From Peribolospora baueri (taxonomy: Eukaryota): a DNA stretch of 64,000 bases. A program made the position numbers and the translations under genes. A model generated the notes under the pieces. That model ran no database searches. It saw nothing but the letters and a program-made list of their open reading frames with translations, and had not been told where the DNA came from. Position 1 is the stretch's first letter. Each line of letters starts with the position of its first letter. This document shows, piece after piece, positions 1 to 12,549 of the stretch. Where the stretch lies: NCBI GenBank assembly GCA_029717555.1, contig JAMDHS010000002.1:496001-560000 (forward strand), written 5' to 3'.

Positions 1-1728
1 GTGGCGCGAAGGAGAAGACGGCGAGGGAGCGGTGGAGCGTTCGACGCGCACAAGCGTATGACGCGAGCTCGCAGGGCCAGAGGTGGAAGGTGTCAAGGCG
101 GGAGCCAAGTCATCATATCGGAGGCTGTATCGGCTTGGAGTGTCGTCCACTGATGGGCCGGGGGAGAATGCTCCTCCCAAGAGACCGCCCATCCGGCGCG
201 GAGTCTGACCACCCGGAGGCCGAGATTGCGATTGAGTCCGTGAGCGGGCTGCACCGACGGGCTCGGTGCGGCCCCCACTTATTCTCCTCGCGGGTTTGCC
301 GTCGACCCTCCTGAACCTTATCGGGACGTCCGCGGAACTTTCCTCGCTGCTCTCGTCCAAGCTGGCCGGGTCGGAGAGGTCGTAGCTCAAGCTGTACCTG
401 CTTGGGGTCGAGTCTGCGCTGGGTGAGCCTAGCGCAGCGCTGAACGATGGCAACGCTCGTCGTGCTTCAACAACTGGACCACCGCCAGAAGAGACTTCGC
501 CGTTAACGTCTTCGTTGGCCCTTTGTCCTTGAGCGCCATTAGCGAATCGGCGAGAGCCGGCCTCCTGCTGAGCCATGCTGGAAGACGTGGGGGATGTTCC
601 CTTGGCGTGCGCGGTGCGACCGCTGACGCCGCCCGCTCGGACCGCGATCTTAGCCTGCCTAGCCCTAGGTCGCCGGGAGGGCGAAGCAGGCATCGTGTAC
701 CGTTCCGAGCTAACAGTTTCAAAGGAGAAGATGGACGTAGATGTGCGGCGACCACCACTGCCGCCACCAAAAGCGTTCGCAACGCGGTCGAAGAAGCTCC
801 TTGTACTCGATGTCGTTGGACCCCTTTCCAGAGTCGCTCCTTCGCTGTGGGCATCCAGATCAGTTCCATAGGCCGCCCGAAGGCCAGATCGAGCGGTTGC
901 GCGCGGCGTACTCTCGAGGTCCGATTCGTTGGCGGTCGAGTCTTCCAAGTTACCGCGCTGCGGAGAGGCTCGGACGGGGGAATCGCCGGTGAGCAGGCGG
1001 ATCGTCGACATAGACGGGTGGATGGTTCGGCTGGTTGAAAGTCGAGGTGTCTGCGGAGGCGAATGTGCCGAAGAGTGGAGCAGACCGTCCTTGCCCGGCG
1101 TGATGCCGCCGCCCAAAAGGTATCGCTCAACGGCATCCACATCATCCTCGTCCTCGTCCATCGTCTTCTTCCTGCTGCCCGGGACTTTGTTGGACCCCTT
1201 CATCTCGTCCAACGAAGACCGATCGGAAGAGTAAAGTGTATCGTCATCGCTCGCCCACTTGCTGCTGTAGTTCAGCGAGGGGGGTTTCGCAGACCCGAAG
1301 CCGTGATCGAGGCTCCACCACCCGTTGAAGAAGCTCTTGCTGCGCGGCTTTTCTTCCTCTTCCTTGTCCTCGATGTCACTCCCTTCGTCGTCGTCCAGCT
1401 TCTCAAACTCATGTTCCTTTCCTAATGTCTCCGTCTGTCGTATCTTCCGTACCAGCGACGTCCGCTTGATCTTGTCCGTGTACTTCTGCCTCTGTCCGGG
1501 AAGCCTCTTCTCAGACTTGGTGATGGCGAGGGCGAGAATGGTGCCGAAGAAGACGAAGAGGGATACGCAGACGAGAATGACGTGAGTTACGTCGATAGAT
1601 TGATGCGGCGAAGGTCCAGCTCCGTCCGGGGACGTGAGCGGCCCCGATGTTGGAGCCATGGCCGTCTCAAGATTGCGCCCTACAGAGTCGACGATGGGCG
1701 AGTCGAAGACGTCGCGAGCGTTCGCCAT
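1..1728 (-). CDS. Uncharacterised single-pass membrane protein with long Ser/Arg-rich disordered tail (3' end outside window)
   Basis: Open frame read by hand from ATG at 1728 (MANARDVFDSP...) to base 1 with no stop, so it is absent from the ORF track. A hydrophobic stretch VILVCVSLFVFFGTILALAI is followed by basic residues. Confidence 0.75.
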   Translation of the reverse strand, partial: MANARDVFDSPIVDSVGRNLETAMAPTSGPLTSPDGAGPSPHQSIDVTHVILVCVSLFVFFGTILALAITKSEKRLPGQRQKYTDKIKRTSLVRKIRQTETLGKEHEFEKLDDDEGSDIEDKEEEEKPRSKSFFNGWWSLDHGFGSAKPPSLNYSSKWASDDDTLYSSDRSSLDEMKGSNKVPGSRKKTMDEDEDDVDAVERYLLGGGITPGKDGLLHSSAHSPPQTPRLSTSRTIHPSMSTIRLLTGDSPVRASPQRGNLEDSTANESDLESTPRATARSGLRAAYGTDLDAHSEGATLERGPTTSSTRSFFDRVANAFGGGSGGRRTSTSIFSFETVSSERYTMPASPSRRPRARQAKIAVRAGGVSGRTAHAKGTSPTSSSMAQQEAGSRRFANGAQGQRANEDVNGEVSSGGGPVVEARRALPSFSAALGSPSADSTPSRYSLSYDLSDPASLDESSEESSADVPIRFRRVDGKPARRISGGRTEPVGAARSRTQSQSRPPGGQTPRRMGGLLGGAFSPGPSVDDTPSRYSLRYDDLAPALTPSTSGPASSRHTLVRVERSTAPSPSSPSRH

Positions 1729-1951
1729 GCCCTGCAAGGGAGAGGTTTTGCCGCCACTATACCTAAGGGAGTGTGTTTCTTGCGAGTGTGTCGAGAGATA
1801 AAAAGGACAGCGGTGGTTTGTGCATGCACAGATGGCTTCGCGAGGTGGATGTTGACGGCTTCAACGCCCGCCCAGCACCGGCGCGTCTAGACGCCACTTT
1901 CATTTTCAGTCACGTGCACGTCTAACGATTCACCACGACTCTCCTCCCATC

Positions 1952-3728
1952 TTATTTTCCAGAATTGCTGTCTAACGCTTTTATGACAAGTGCCGCCCTC
2001 CTCTTCCTCTGCACTGCATCCCCTGCAGGATGGCTCTCGGCCGTGGCCATGACAGCGTCTGCCTGTTCCGCGAGCCTTACTCCAGAGTTGGTAGTGGTGG
2101 ACTCAGCGGGTTCGGAGGTCATTTTCTCGCCCTGTGAATGGTCCACGCCGCTTGCGGGAGTCGGAGCCGTGACAGAGGAGACGACGGCATCCTCGTTCGG
2201 TTGCTCCGCACTCTCGGCTTCGGTCAGCACGTCTTTGCACGTGGTGAGGAGGTGCTGAAGTGGTTGGCACGGGCGAGAGTCAGGTGTCAATACGTACGAG
2301 CCTCCAGCAGTTTCGGATCATATGGAGTCCTTTGACCATTGGCACCATCAGATAAATTAAGCATGCTCACCTCTCTCGATCCACCCTTGATACTGGCGAG
2401 ATACTCGATCACACCAGCGACGTAGACCTCGGGAATCTACCAACGATGCCAAGGCAGGTCGGAAAAGGAACCTATGTTAGCGCATGTCCTTGCGCATGTC
2501 CAGCGCCGAAAACGGACTTTTAGAAGCCACAGTGTACCTCTGAAGGAGCGCAAAGAGGGAGAGGTGAGCAGAAATAGATGGACTCACGACGGCAGAGTTG
2601 AGGATGTTCTTGAGCAGAAAATTCTGTTTAGCCTTGTTGAACTTCCATTCCTCTCGGCTTGTCAGGTATTGGTGCGTGTAGACGAGTGCTGTAGGGGCGC
2701 GGCATGGAGCATGAACAGATAAGGGGAAAGTGCGACAAAGAAAGAAATAGACCAGATGGGTTACAACGACAAGAGGGTTCAGGGACAGATGAGTTTCGGC
2801 AAAGAAGAACGGCGGGAGAGCCATCCAGCCGTCACCCACCTTTCTTCGCACCCTCGCCAAGCGACTCGTCTTGTTCGGGTGATGGCATTTCTTCTTCCTT
2901 CTTCCCCTCCATTTCCTCCCCCTTCTTCCCCCTTCGTCGCCTCTTGCGCTTCTTTCCTGGTCCTCCCTCCTTGCCTAGTGCGTCTTCCTCCTCCTTGTCC
3001 TCCAATTCTTCGCGCTGTCTTGTCCCTCCGCTCTTGACGCGCTGCCCATCGCTGACCTGGGCGTTCCTCGCATCGTCGGCTCGCATATCCGGGTCATCAT
3101 CTCTCTTGTCGTCTCTCGTCTTCCCAGCTGTGTTATCACCCATCTCCTCAGCCTTGCGCTTCTTCCCTCGGGATCTCGTCTTCTTCTTCTTCGTCTCCTT
3201 CGTCCCTCCGCCATCTTCCGCCGGAGTGTCGTTCGGAGCGTGGATCGCATTTCGTGCCTCCGCATCGGTTGTGTCTGCCTTGCCGTTCGAAGCAGCCTGA
3301 CGTTCCTGTCCTTTCTCGCCCGTCACCTGGGACTCCGCCTCGAGCTCACCTCCGGCGCCGTCGACGTTCCCATCCTTCTTGCCCCTGCCCCTCTTGCGCT
3401 TTTTCGGTTGTTTCTGTTCGCCCTCCCCGCCCTCCTTGTCGTCCTTCTCGCTATCCCTCGTCCCCGCCGCCAAGCCTGCGACGTCCACGCCAAAGGTCGT
3501 ACCGTTCGGCTTATCGTCGTCAACACGGCTGCCCGCGACCCCGTCCTCGATACCGCCTTCTACTCGTCCTTGACCCTCACTTTGTCCCTCCGACACTCCT
3601 CCACCTTTCTGTTTCCCGCCCCTCGTGCGTCTCTTCTTCTTCTTCTCCGTACCTCCCTGTTGGAGCTGCCCGGCGAGGGCCCCCTTGGGACTGGAAGGGA
3701 CAGGCTGTCGGAGGACTTCTGTCGACAT
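1952..3728 (-). CDS. WKF-domain (DUF2373 / C7orf50-like) protein with Lys/Glu/Gly-rich N-terminus; about 4 exons
   Basis: Exon peptides YLTSREEWKFNKAKQNFLLKNI and IPEVYVAGVIEYLASIKGGSRE, ending in KRRAALVIKAL, match the WKF family pattern. The N-terminal exon has KKKKRR NLS-like runs. Confidence 0.85.
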
Positions 3729-4525
3729 GAGCGAGCGTCCGGAAAAGGAGGTGTAAGTTGACGGAGATGAGTGTCGCTCTCCACCGAGTTGATAAATGAA
3801 AGGGGTGAGGACGAAGTGAGAGAGTCAAGGAAGAAAGGACCGACGTTGACGTCTGTTCGTGTAGCCGCAGTTTTTCCCGAATGGAGCCTGATCGTGGCGC
3901 TTGCTCGCTACGAGACCGCGTCACAACGGTTCGAAGAAACCCAGTCAGGAGCTGTTTCCCCTCGCCAGGTGCAGCTCGCTCGATGAATAAATGCTTCAGT
4001 CGCCCGTGACAAAGCCATCAACCCAGGAACGATTTCGGCCTAGGACGCATGAGGCGAGCAAGCAGCTTGAAAACAGATGGCGATTCGCCCAGACAGAGCC
4101 CCGCGCCCAGCGATCGACGTCGTAACGCGCGACCACAGCTTCAAGAATCAAACGCTCGCTTCGATTCGAGCAGGATCCCACGCTGACAACAAGTGAACAT
4201 TCCAGCGGGGAACGGAGATGTGAAACCGACAAAAAAGAAAGACACAACGAAACGGCAGGAAGAGCAAGAAGTATGGACGCTACAGAAGGTCTCTGAAGGA
4301 GACCGCGACGGATGAGTAAGGCACGACAGAGAAGACTGAACTATCCGAACCATTCAAGACGAGAATGAGCGGGTGGATGAGAGTGAGAAGCTTCGAGAAA
4401 GAGACGGAAAGACAGCGAACGTGGGTATATTATGGCCTCCGCAGAATGAGGCGTGCACGTCGCGCTGGGAGGGCCTACAGGCATGCCTTCCTACCTGACG
4501 AGACCCGTCCTTCCTACCTGTCCAT

Positions 4526-7241
4526 TTACCCATCTTTCGACAACGGCGCCTGAGCCACGCCTGCCGCCGCTTCGGTCAGGGATGTAGACGACGGCGGTGC
4601 AGCAGAGGCGCAAGCTGAGACGGAGGATGGTCCCGCGAACGTAGCCGAGGGGGCAGCGAGGGCGGCAGCGGAGGAGGGACCGGGGATTGGTATGGAAGAT
4701 TGGGTGGCGACAGTGCGGAGGGAAGGAGAGCGGTTCATGCTGAAGCGCGTGACGCGGAGCAAGAAATGGTGCGTGTAAAATTATAGGGAAAGAATCGAAG
4801 GAGCAAGAGAACGATGTGAGTATCAATTTCGGCCCTCATGCCCACAACCACCGTGCACGACAGTCAAGTGTGGAGAAACCACAGGCAAGAACGGCATACC
4901 AAAACGTGAACTAACCTAATCCGATCGGCCGGCGCGCCCGGCGCGCCCGGAGGGGGAGCAGCTATAGAGGGGGCAATGACGGACGGCGTGGGGCCAACAG
5001 AGCTGACGGCGATGCTGTCCCAAGTCTTGGCGCTCGCGTCACTCCCCCGTCGACTCAGAGGGGGAATGGCCCTAACACTCGCGTCGTCGTACCCGAACCT
5101 GTCCGTGTCGCCACTACCTCGCCTCTCAAGAATGCTGCCTCCGCCGAGAGAACGCGTGCCTCCGGCGCTGCTGCTGTGGGCGTGTCCACGCACCGAGGAC
5201 GAGGGGACGATGCTGTGCGTGGTGGAAGACGCGAGGGTGAGCACGGAGGCGTTGTCGGGTGGCGGCGCCGAAGGGTGAGGGTTGTTGGCAGGGTGAGGAC
5301 GGGTATGCGTGGGGAAGTACATGTATGGAGCGGCATGCTGTACAGTCTCGTCGTAATGTCCGCTGGCGCCGCGCGGGGAAGAGCCACTGGCGAGGGCAGA
5401 GGTGGGGGAAGGTTGTTGAGAGGACGTAGCGGCATGTCGGGGAGAGGACTGAGAGGGAGACGGAAGGGTACCGAAGGTGACGGCAGTCTGACCGCCAGAA
5501 GCGGATGCTCCCGATATGGAGAGTTGGGAGTTAAGCCGAACTGGAGCGTGGGGACGGTCGGACGCTGCTGCATGTCGGGGTTGGGCGATGTGTGCCATTA
5601 CTGCGGGGAGAAGAACGAAGAGGACGACATAGATCGGGAACCGGCAGGCAGCAACAGCGATTAAAGGTCGAGCGTCAAAAGTCGAGGAAGAGAGAAATCA
5701 TTGGCGAGCGCCTCACCTTGTCCCGCAACGGGCCCCGGCTGCCACTGTCCAACGTGTGCACCAGTGATCCCACCATTTGCACCATGCATTCCACTCTCAA
5801 CGCTCAAAAGAGTGGTGGGCTTAGTGCTAGCCTTACTGGGAGCTTTTCCGCTTTCAAATGTGCGATTTCCCAAACTTGAATTGGCGTCGCCGCTCGTATG
5901 CGTTTGGGTGCTAGACTCCGTGCTAGAATCGGAGGCAGGGGAGGCGGAGCGGGAGTGAGGGCGGTCGTAGGTGGAGGATGCTGAGGAGTGGGGTCGGGCG
6001 GGATGGGCCTGGGATGAAGGCACGGCACCAACGACGCTCTCGCCTTGCGTCGTTTTCCCGGCTCCCTCGCCCGCAGCGCGTTCCAGCCGCGAACTTGCGG
6101 CGTAGATCGCGGCCATACTAGGCTTCGAATCAGCGGCGGCCAGGTCGGCAATACTGGACGTGCTCGTCGTGCCCGTCCCGCCAAAGGTCGTAGTGATCCG
6201 GTTGGCGAGATGGAGAGAAGCGGGGGTGATAGGTCTTATGCTCGCATCCTCGTCCGCTCCTGACCCGTTCGCAAGAGACCTCGCGCCTCCGAGCTCGTTC
6301 ACGCTCGTCCCGTCCAGGTCGCCGCGGTTGCCCATTCGGAGAGAGGCAGGCGTTATGGGCCGCATCGACGCGTTCTCGTCTGCTTCAACGCCAGTTACCG
6401 GAACGGAGGAAGCAGAAGCACTGTCCATCACCTCGACCTGGCCGTCAGCGGTGCCCATCCCTCCGTCGGTTCCTGGTTCCACTTCGATCGTGGCCTTCAT
6501 TTCCTTCTCAGCATCATCCGGTGACGGATCTGCTGGAATCGTTGCATCCACTTCCTGCCCTCCGTCAGCAGAGATGCCAAGCCCCATCATCGGCTGGCCG
6601 GGAGACTTTTGTTGTTGTCCTCCTTGTTGCTGTCGCCCGACTTGCCGATCACGGTGCGCACCCTCAGCGGGTGACGACGATCCAAGCGGACTGGACAAAA
6701 GGACACTGCGAACGTGGGGCGGTTTCTGGGGTAGGACCGCCGAGTCGGCCTGATCGTGCAACCGTGTCTGCCCATCAGGGACGACGTTCGGTTGTGTGGT
6801 CGGGCGAACCGTTCCGCCCCGTTTCCTGCCCAGGCTACCGTCTCCTCTTTCCTTCTCCTTCTCCTTCTTCTCCTTCTCCTTCTTCTCCTTCTCCTTCTCC
6901 TTCTCCTTCTCCTTCTCCTTCTCCTTCTCCTTCTCCTTCTCCTTCTCCTTCTCCTTCTCCTTCTCCTTCTCCTTCTCCTTCTCCTTCTCCTTCTCCTTCT
7001 CCTTCTCCTTCCCGTCCTCCATCTCGTCCTCCTTTTTCACTGTGCTCGCAGCGCCCGCCGACGCAACGACCGCCGGTGCCGTGCCATCGTCACCGATGTT
7101 AGCAGGAAAGCTCTTACGGTGTAGCCGTCGCTGGAACCAGCCGATGAGGGGCTTGCCCTTACGCGCCTTTGAGCGTACCGAGTCGGACTGGGTGAGCGGC
7201 GCGGCAAGAGGAGGAGCTGGGGAGGCTGTCGAGGGGGACAT
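4526..7241 (-). CDS. Uncharacterised disordered Ser/Pro-rich protein with poly-KE tract; 3 exons (7241-5717, 5600-4916, 4739-4526)
   Basis: Three ORF-track frames join in phase through GT..AG introns 5716-5601 and 4915-4740. Recurring motifs: DENASMRPI, DEDASIRPI, DDASVRAI, STKPTTLLS, DNASVLTLASS. Confidence 0.75.
6850..7012. repeat. (TTCTCC)n hexanucleotide microsatellite, encoding (KE)n on the minus strand
   Basis: About 160 bp of near-perfect TTCTCC units, directly visible. Confidence 0.97.
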
Positions 7242-7382
7242 GTGGGAGTAAGTGAGTGAGTGGGGTGCTGAGTTCGGAGATGTGGTCGGAGAACGGGACA
7301 ATCGTCTTCGCTGCCTTCGCTCGGACCCTCCTGCTCTTACGACGGGGTCTCGCCGGGAACGGGAGAATCGCGCCGCAGCAAA

Positions 7383-7408
7383 CTCCGAGCACGTGCTCCG
7401 AGCACGTG
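7383..7408. promoter_or_regulatory. Tandem 13-bp duplication carrying two CACGTG E-boxes
   Basis: CTCCGAGCACGTG x2, containing the palindrome GAGCACGTGCTC, about 150 bp upstream of the ATG at 7241. Function inferred. Confidence 0.4.
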
Positions 7409-7635
7409 TGGTCTGCCCCCGCGATGGACTTTGGACTTTAATATTCGACCATCAGTCTGGATGGAATTCGTTGAAATTCTAGGGCTCCAAGTCTGCGTGC
7501 GTTCCATAAGGAACTGCTGTTCAGTCCTTATCGAAGACAGACAGTGCGAGTACGGAGACGATAAGATACATCGGTTCGTTGGACAGCGGGTGGGACATCG
7601 CGTCACTTTCGAGAGGTAGTCGAAAATCATGGCCG

Positions 7636-9302
7636 TCAGAGTTGCGATTCGCACTGGTCCCAGTCCTCGAAACCTGCCACGCAAGAGGGTCAACGGCGAA
7701 ACAACGTGAGCGTAGCGCGAGGAAACGGGAAGCAAACAGGGGAAGGAAAGGGGGAGGCAACGAACCCATGTAAACCTTGGGGCCCCAAGGAGGGTGGACG
7801 AACCTCTTGACGCCCCCCTTCTCCTTCGCAAAGCCCTCCAACTTGGCCACGTCCGCCTCATCGAGATCGACCAACTTGGCATTTTCCTCAATCCGGTGGG
7901 GCGTCACGCTCTTGGGAAGCACCACGAAACCCCGCTTGACGCTCCAGGAGATGAGCACCTGTCCCGGAGAGGCGGAGTGCTTGTTCGCGATAGACACCAC
8001 CTCCGGCTCGGTGAGGAGGGGGCTGTCGTTCGAGCCGAGCGGCGAGTACGCTTCCATGACGATGCCCTTAGACTTGCAGTAATCGACCAGATCCTTCTGA
8101 GGGAGGTAGGGGTGCAACTCCACCTAAGAGGTGCATGCGCGCATACACGGACAGTACAATCACTCGATCAGCTCGGCCTGCTCGTCGCACCCCTTTCCCC
8201 TTCGTCCGAGGGATCCGTCGGTCACACACCTGGTTCGCGGCGGGCACGACGGCAGCCACACTGAGCAACTCTTCGAGCCTTTTCACGCTATAGTTCGACA
8301 CGCCGATCGCCTTGGCCTTGCCTATCCATGAACAAAACCAGGCTGCTGTCAGAAGACAGTTCCGCTCAGCCTGTCGGGCTCATCCACTCACCCTTCTTGT
8401 ACACCTCCTCCATCTGCTTCCAAGTGTCCTGGATGTCCCAGTCGAAGTCGACGTCACGCTCGCCATCCGGGCCGATGGGAATTTGCTGCCCGGCTAGACG
8501 GGACGAAGTTTCGAGGAAGGGGACGACAAGGATTGAGAGATACGATAGAGGGCCGGTCATGAGCATTATCATTCCGCTCCTCGACCACTCGCCCAACATC
8601 CTCTTCGTATCTCTCGCTCCCACACTCACACTCGGACTTGAGAGCCACAGGCCAATGAACAAGGAGAAGATCGACGTAATCCACGCCCAGGTTCTTCAAC
8701 GTCTCGTCCAGACCGGCCTCGACGCGACTGTGGAAGGTGGACCAAATCTTGGAGGTGATGAACACCTCCGAACGGCGGACGCCCGAGGCGACCAGGCCTT
8801 GGCCGACTTCCGCCTCGTTGCCATACTGGCGTGTTTTCGTTTCGTGAGAGGGGGAATGGGCGAGGTCAGCGGGAACGACCATCGCCACGACCGACCTTCC
8901 CTTTCTCCGAACGACGTGGCCCTTCCCGCTCCAGAGAAGGAACGTGAAGAATAGAAGCTCACCGCCCAAGCGCAGTCGATGTGCCTATAGCCGTGATCGC
9001 GCAAAGCGGTTTCGACGGCTTTGGCCACGACGCCCTTCTCGGAGCGCCAGGTCCCCAGGCCTACCGCTGGGATTTCGGCGCCCTAGACGGGTTAGAACGG
9101 ACGTGGCATGAAGCGGTTCGGGAGTGAAGGAGACGACGACAAGGACGTAAGAAAGAAGCAACGGGAAATGCGATGGCGGAGTGAGTGACAGGTGCTCCAT
9201 TGCATCATCCGGTCACCCGACGTCCGTACTATCCCCGGGGGAGGAGGGATAAAGGCGAACGAAACTCACGGTGTTGAGCTTGATGGTGGGGTGCTTGGCC
9301 AT
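7636..9302 (-). CDS. NADPH-dependent aldo-keto reductase (GCY1/YPR1-like), multi-exon
   Basis: Spliced peptides [80 protein letters not shown] and a C-terminus [12 protein letters not shown]. The D/Y/K/H catalytic tetrad is present. Confidence 0.95.
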
Positions 9303-9408
9303 GTTTTTCTGTCCGGTCTGTCTGGGGAGTCCGAGCGAGAAAGCGAGCCGGGTGTACTGGGAAGGAGAGTGCGAGGACGGGAGGGACGAAGGTGAGGGCG
9401 GCGGTCCG

Positions 9409-9416
9409 TTTATATA
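9409..9416 (-). promoter_or_regulatory. TATA box of the aldo-keto reductase gene
   Basis: TATATAAA on the minus strand about 107 bp upstream of the ATG, followed by a pyrimidine-rich leader. Confidence 0.65.
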
Positions 9417-10361
9417 GGAACGACGGCCGGGAAAGCGGACGGAAGTACCTTGAAGACGGAAGGATAGTTAGTGACGAGGAGAAGAGTGAGGAGAGGGAGT
9501 GGAGGAAGAAGCAGCAGTTCGTCGGCCACCCATCCGTCTCTTCCGACCGGTTGGGGCTGCCAGAGCCGTCCAGTCATCCATCCATCCAGCCAGCCAGCCA
9601 GAGAGCCAGCCAGCCGGACGACTAGCCAGCCACAACGACAGCTACATAGCCAGTCACTGCTTGGCCCCAAAATGGATGGACGGATAGATGGATGGCGAGC
9701 AGGGACTTGGAAAATGGCGACTTGGCCGAGCGAGCAAGCGGGTTGAGCAGAAACGACCGCAGCACCGGTGACCGGTCCGGGTCGCCGGCGGGCGGGGTTG
9801 GTGCCGCCAGAACCTCACCCCGTCGTCCGTCCATGTTTGCGAATACAAGGCTGAACTCAGCACCCTGTTCCACTCCTTGTCCCCAGACAGAGCTCCGCCT
9901 TTGAACATGGCCCATTGCTGAACGTCTTCCCGGCCACCTCTGTAGTGCCGCTCACCCGCCCTCGTCCCCGAGATCCTGGGGAAGCAAAGCGCAATCAGGC
10001 GGAGCAAGGCGGGACCAAAACCGCCCGTAAGGTCGCCGCGGCCCCCGCGCAACCAATAAATGGGCCCCCACTGGGTCGGTTCCTCCCCAATACTCAATAA
10101 ATCTCTTCTCTCTCTACTACCACGTAGATCGCACCTCCTCCGCCTCACTTCAGTTTGACGCTTGGCCAACACGACAACGGATAGTGAGTAAGGTTCCCAC
10201 CGACAACAGCACACGCTCGGCTTGGACAGGTCCTGTCAATCCCAAGCATGGACGATGGAAAATAACCGTGACCTGCTCCTGTCTTCCCACGTCTCTGAAA
10301 CCAGGATCACATATTCTCAGTTTAGACTGGCGTGCTTCGACGGTACATTACTTTGAAAACC

Positions 10362-12023
10362 ATGGCTCCTTCTTCCAAGCCCAAGGTCCTCATCTGTGGG
10401 GCGCTCGTTCGTGAGTCCTGCACCCGGCCGGAGGACGAGAGGGACGAGGAGGGAAGGGAGAGCGTCCGTTTGAGTTGATAGTCTCTAACCTGTTCACAAT
10501 TCCCGTCTGCAGACGCACAGAAGGAGGTACAAGAGATCCTGGGGCCTATCGCCAACGTCGTCGTGAGTGTTCTAGCGTGGCGTCCCGGGGCATCGGTCAT
10601 CCCACGATCAGGTTCAGGTAGCGCTCGTGCGGAATTCTAAGTCATGTTGGCTGCATCTTTGGCAAAACCGTCCATTTCATGCCTACTAGCTCACGCTCGG
10701 TCCCATTCCCTCCTCCCTCTCTCTCTCCACAGCCGCTGATGGCCAAAAGCCGCGCGGAGTTTCTGGCTTCCCTCGCCCCCCGCGGTGAACTGTCAGACCT
10801 CTTTGCGATTTATCGCCACAACTCTTCCGCCAACGACATTGGCATCTTTGACGCGCAGCTCATTGAGGCCCTCCCAGGGAGCTGCAAGTTCGTCTGCCAC
10901 AACGGAGCAGGGTATGATCAGGTCGATGTGCAGGCGGCGTCCAAGAAGGGTGAGTTTGGTCCTTCTCTGTTCCTCGTTTGATTGGTTCTACGGAAAATAT
11001 TCGGTCTAAGTGGGTGTTTGCCTCTTTATGCCCCGCTCTCACCCCTCCTCTTCCCAGGCATCACCGTAACCCACACGCCCAACTCCGTAGACGATGCCAC
11101 GGCGACGACGGCCATGTACCTCATCATCTCCGCTCTTCGCCAGTTCCAGCGCGGAGAGCAGAGCGCGAGAAAGGGCGAGTGGGGCAAGGGCACCGTGCTC
11201 GGCCATGATCCTGAAGGGAAGGTGCTCGGTATTGTTGGGATGGGAGGCATCGGCACGGTGAGTGGCGGTGGTGGGTTTGGGGGGCGGAAGCTACCATGTC
11301 GTCCCCGACGGACCGCGCCAAGTGAATCTCAATCTCCCCAACCGCTCTTGCACCCCCATTCTTTCTGCCTTGCAGGCCCTCGCCAAGCGCGCAGAAGCCT
11401 TCTCGATGCGCATCCAATACCACAACCGTCGTCCCGTCCCCTCCTCCCCCTACACTTACGTCCCCACCCTAGACGAGCTCCTGCGCACCTCGGACGTCAT
11501 CTCCCTCAACCTGCCCCTCAACGACGAGACGCGCGAGAGCTTTGGCAAGAAGCAGTTCGAGATGATGAAGGATGGGGCTGTGCTCGTCAACACCGCGCGT
11601 GGGGGCGTGCTTCAGGAGGACGCGTTGGTGGAGGCGTTGGAGAGCGGCAAGGTGAGCGGGCGACCGAATTGGGGAGCGACGCGATGCAGGGTACGGACGA
11701 AGGGAGCGAGCGTCGACGACCGATCTGTTCGATGAGGCCGGTCACTCACGACAATCACGAATGCCCGCACACTCACCGTTTCCACCCTTCTCTCTCTTCC
11801 ACCTCCCCACCCCGAACAGCTTTCGGCGGCGGGCCTAGACGTCTTTGCCAACGAGCCGAACGCGGACCCACGCCTCCTTCGTATGCCCCAAGTGGCCGTC
11901 CTACCTCACATGGGCACGCAGACCTCCGAGACGCAGAAGCATATGGAGGAGCAGGTGCTGGAGAACTTGAGGCTGGCGATCGAGATGGGCAAGCCGAGGG
12001 ATGTGGTCAAGGAGCAGAGGTAG
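10362..12023 (+). CDS. D-isomer-specific 2-hydroxyacid dehydrogenase (glyoxylate reductase / D-mandelate dehydrogenase-like), multi-exon
   Basis: MAPSSKPKVLICG, HNGAGYDQVDV, THTPNSVDDATA, Rossmann GIVGMGGIG, SLNLPLNDET, LVNTARG, AGLDVFANEP, LPHMGT; stop TAG at 12021-12023. Confidence 0.95.
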
Positions 12024-12549
12024 ATGGATGACGGTAGCCTGACGTGACAGTCTCAGAAGGAAACAAGCAGCTCGCCCGCGGTGACCGGCCGTACAGAATG
12101 GGAGATAGAACGCCAGAGCGGAATAGGTCATCGTCGGCTCGTGTCGAAATGTGAAGGATCGGATGGTGTTGGTTATCGCGAGCGTCCGCTCCATGGAAAG
12201 GAAGATGGTTAGACGTCACCGCTCGAACATATGCAACATATCTTTATTTTCTTTCCTTTAACTTTGGAAGTCCTACGCCCCCGCTCCCGCTTTCTCCCCA
12301 AGCTAGACGCTCGACCACCGCCCGTTTTCGCCTGTGCTGCCTCGCTAAGAGCGAGGAGAACGTCGTGGAGACGCCAAGTGCTGCTGCTCCACTGCCATCG
12401 GGCACGAGCGCCGCGTGCGGAACCACCGTCCCTATAGCTCGACGGCGGAGTAGGCAGGCGACCAAGCACCATCTGGCTCCATCCGAGCCGTAGTTATCCT
12501 TCCCAGGTCGGCGCACCCAGCCCTCCTTCATGGCGACAAGCTCGATAAG

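Noticed and set aside
6521..7251. Plus-strand ORFs with poly-SP, poly-L and poly-FS
   Set aside because: Antisense readings of the (TTCTCC)n microsatellite inside the minus-strand gene.
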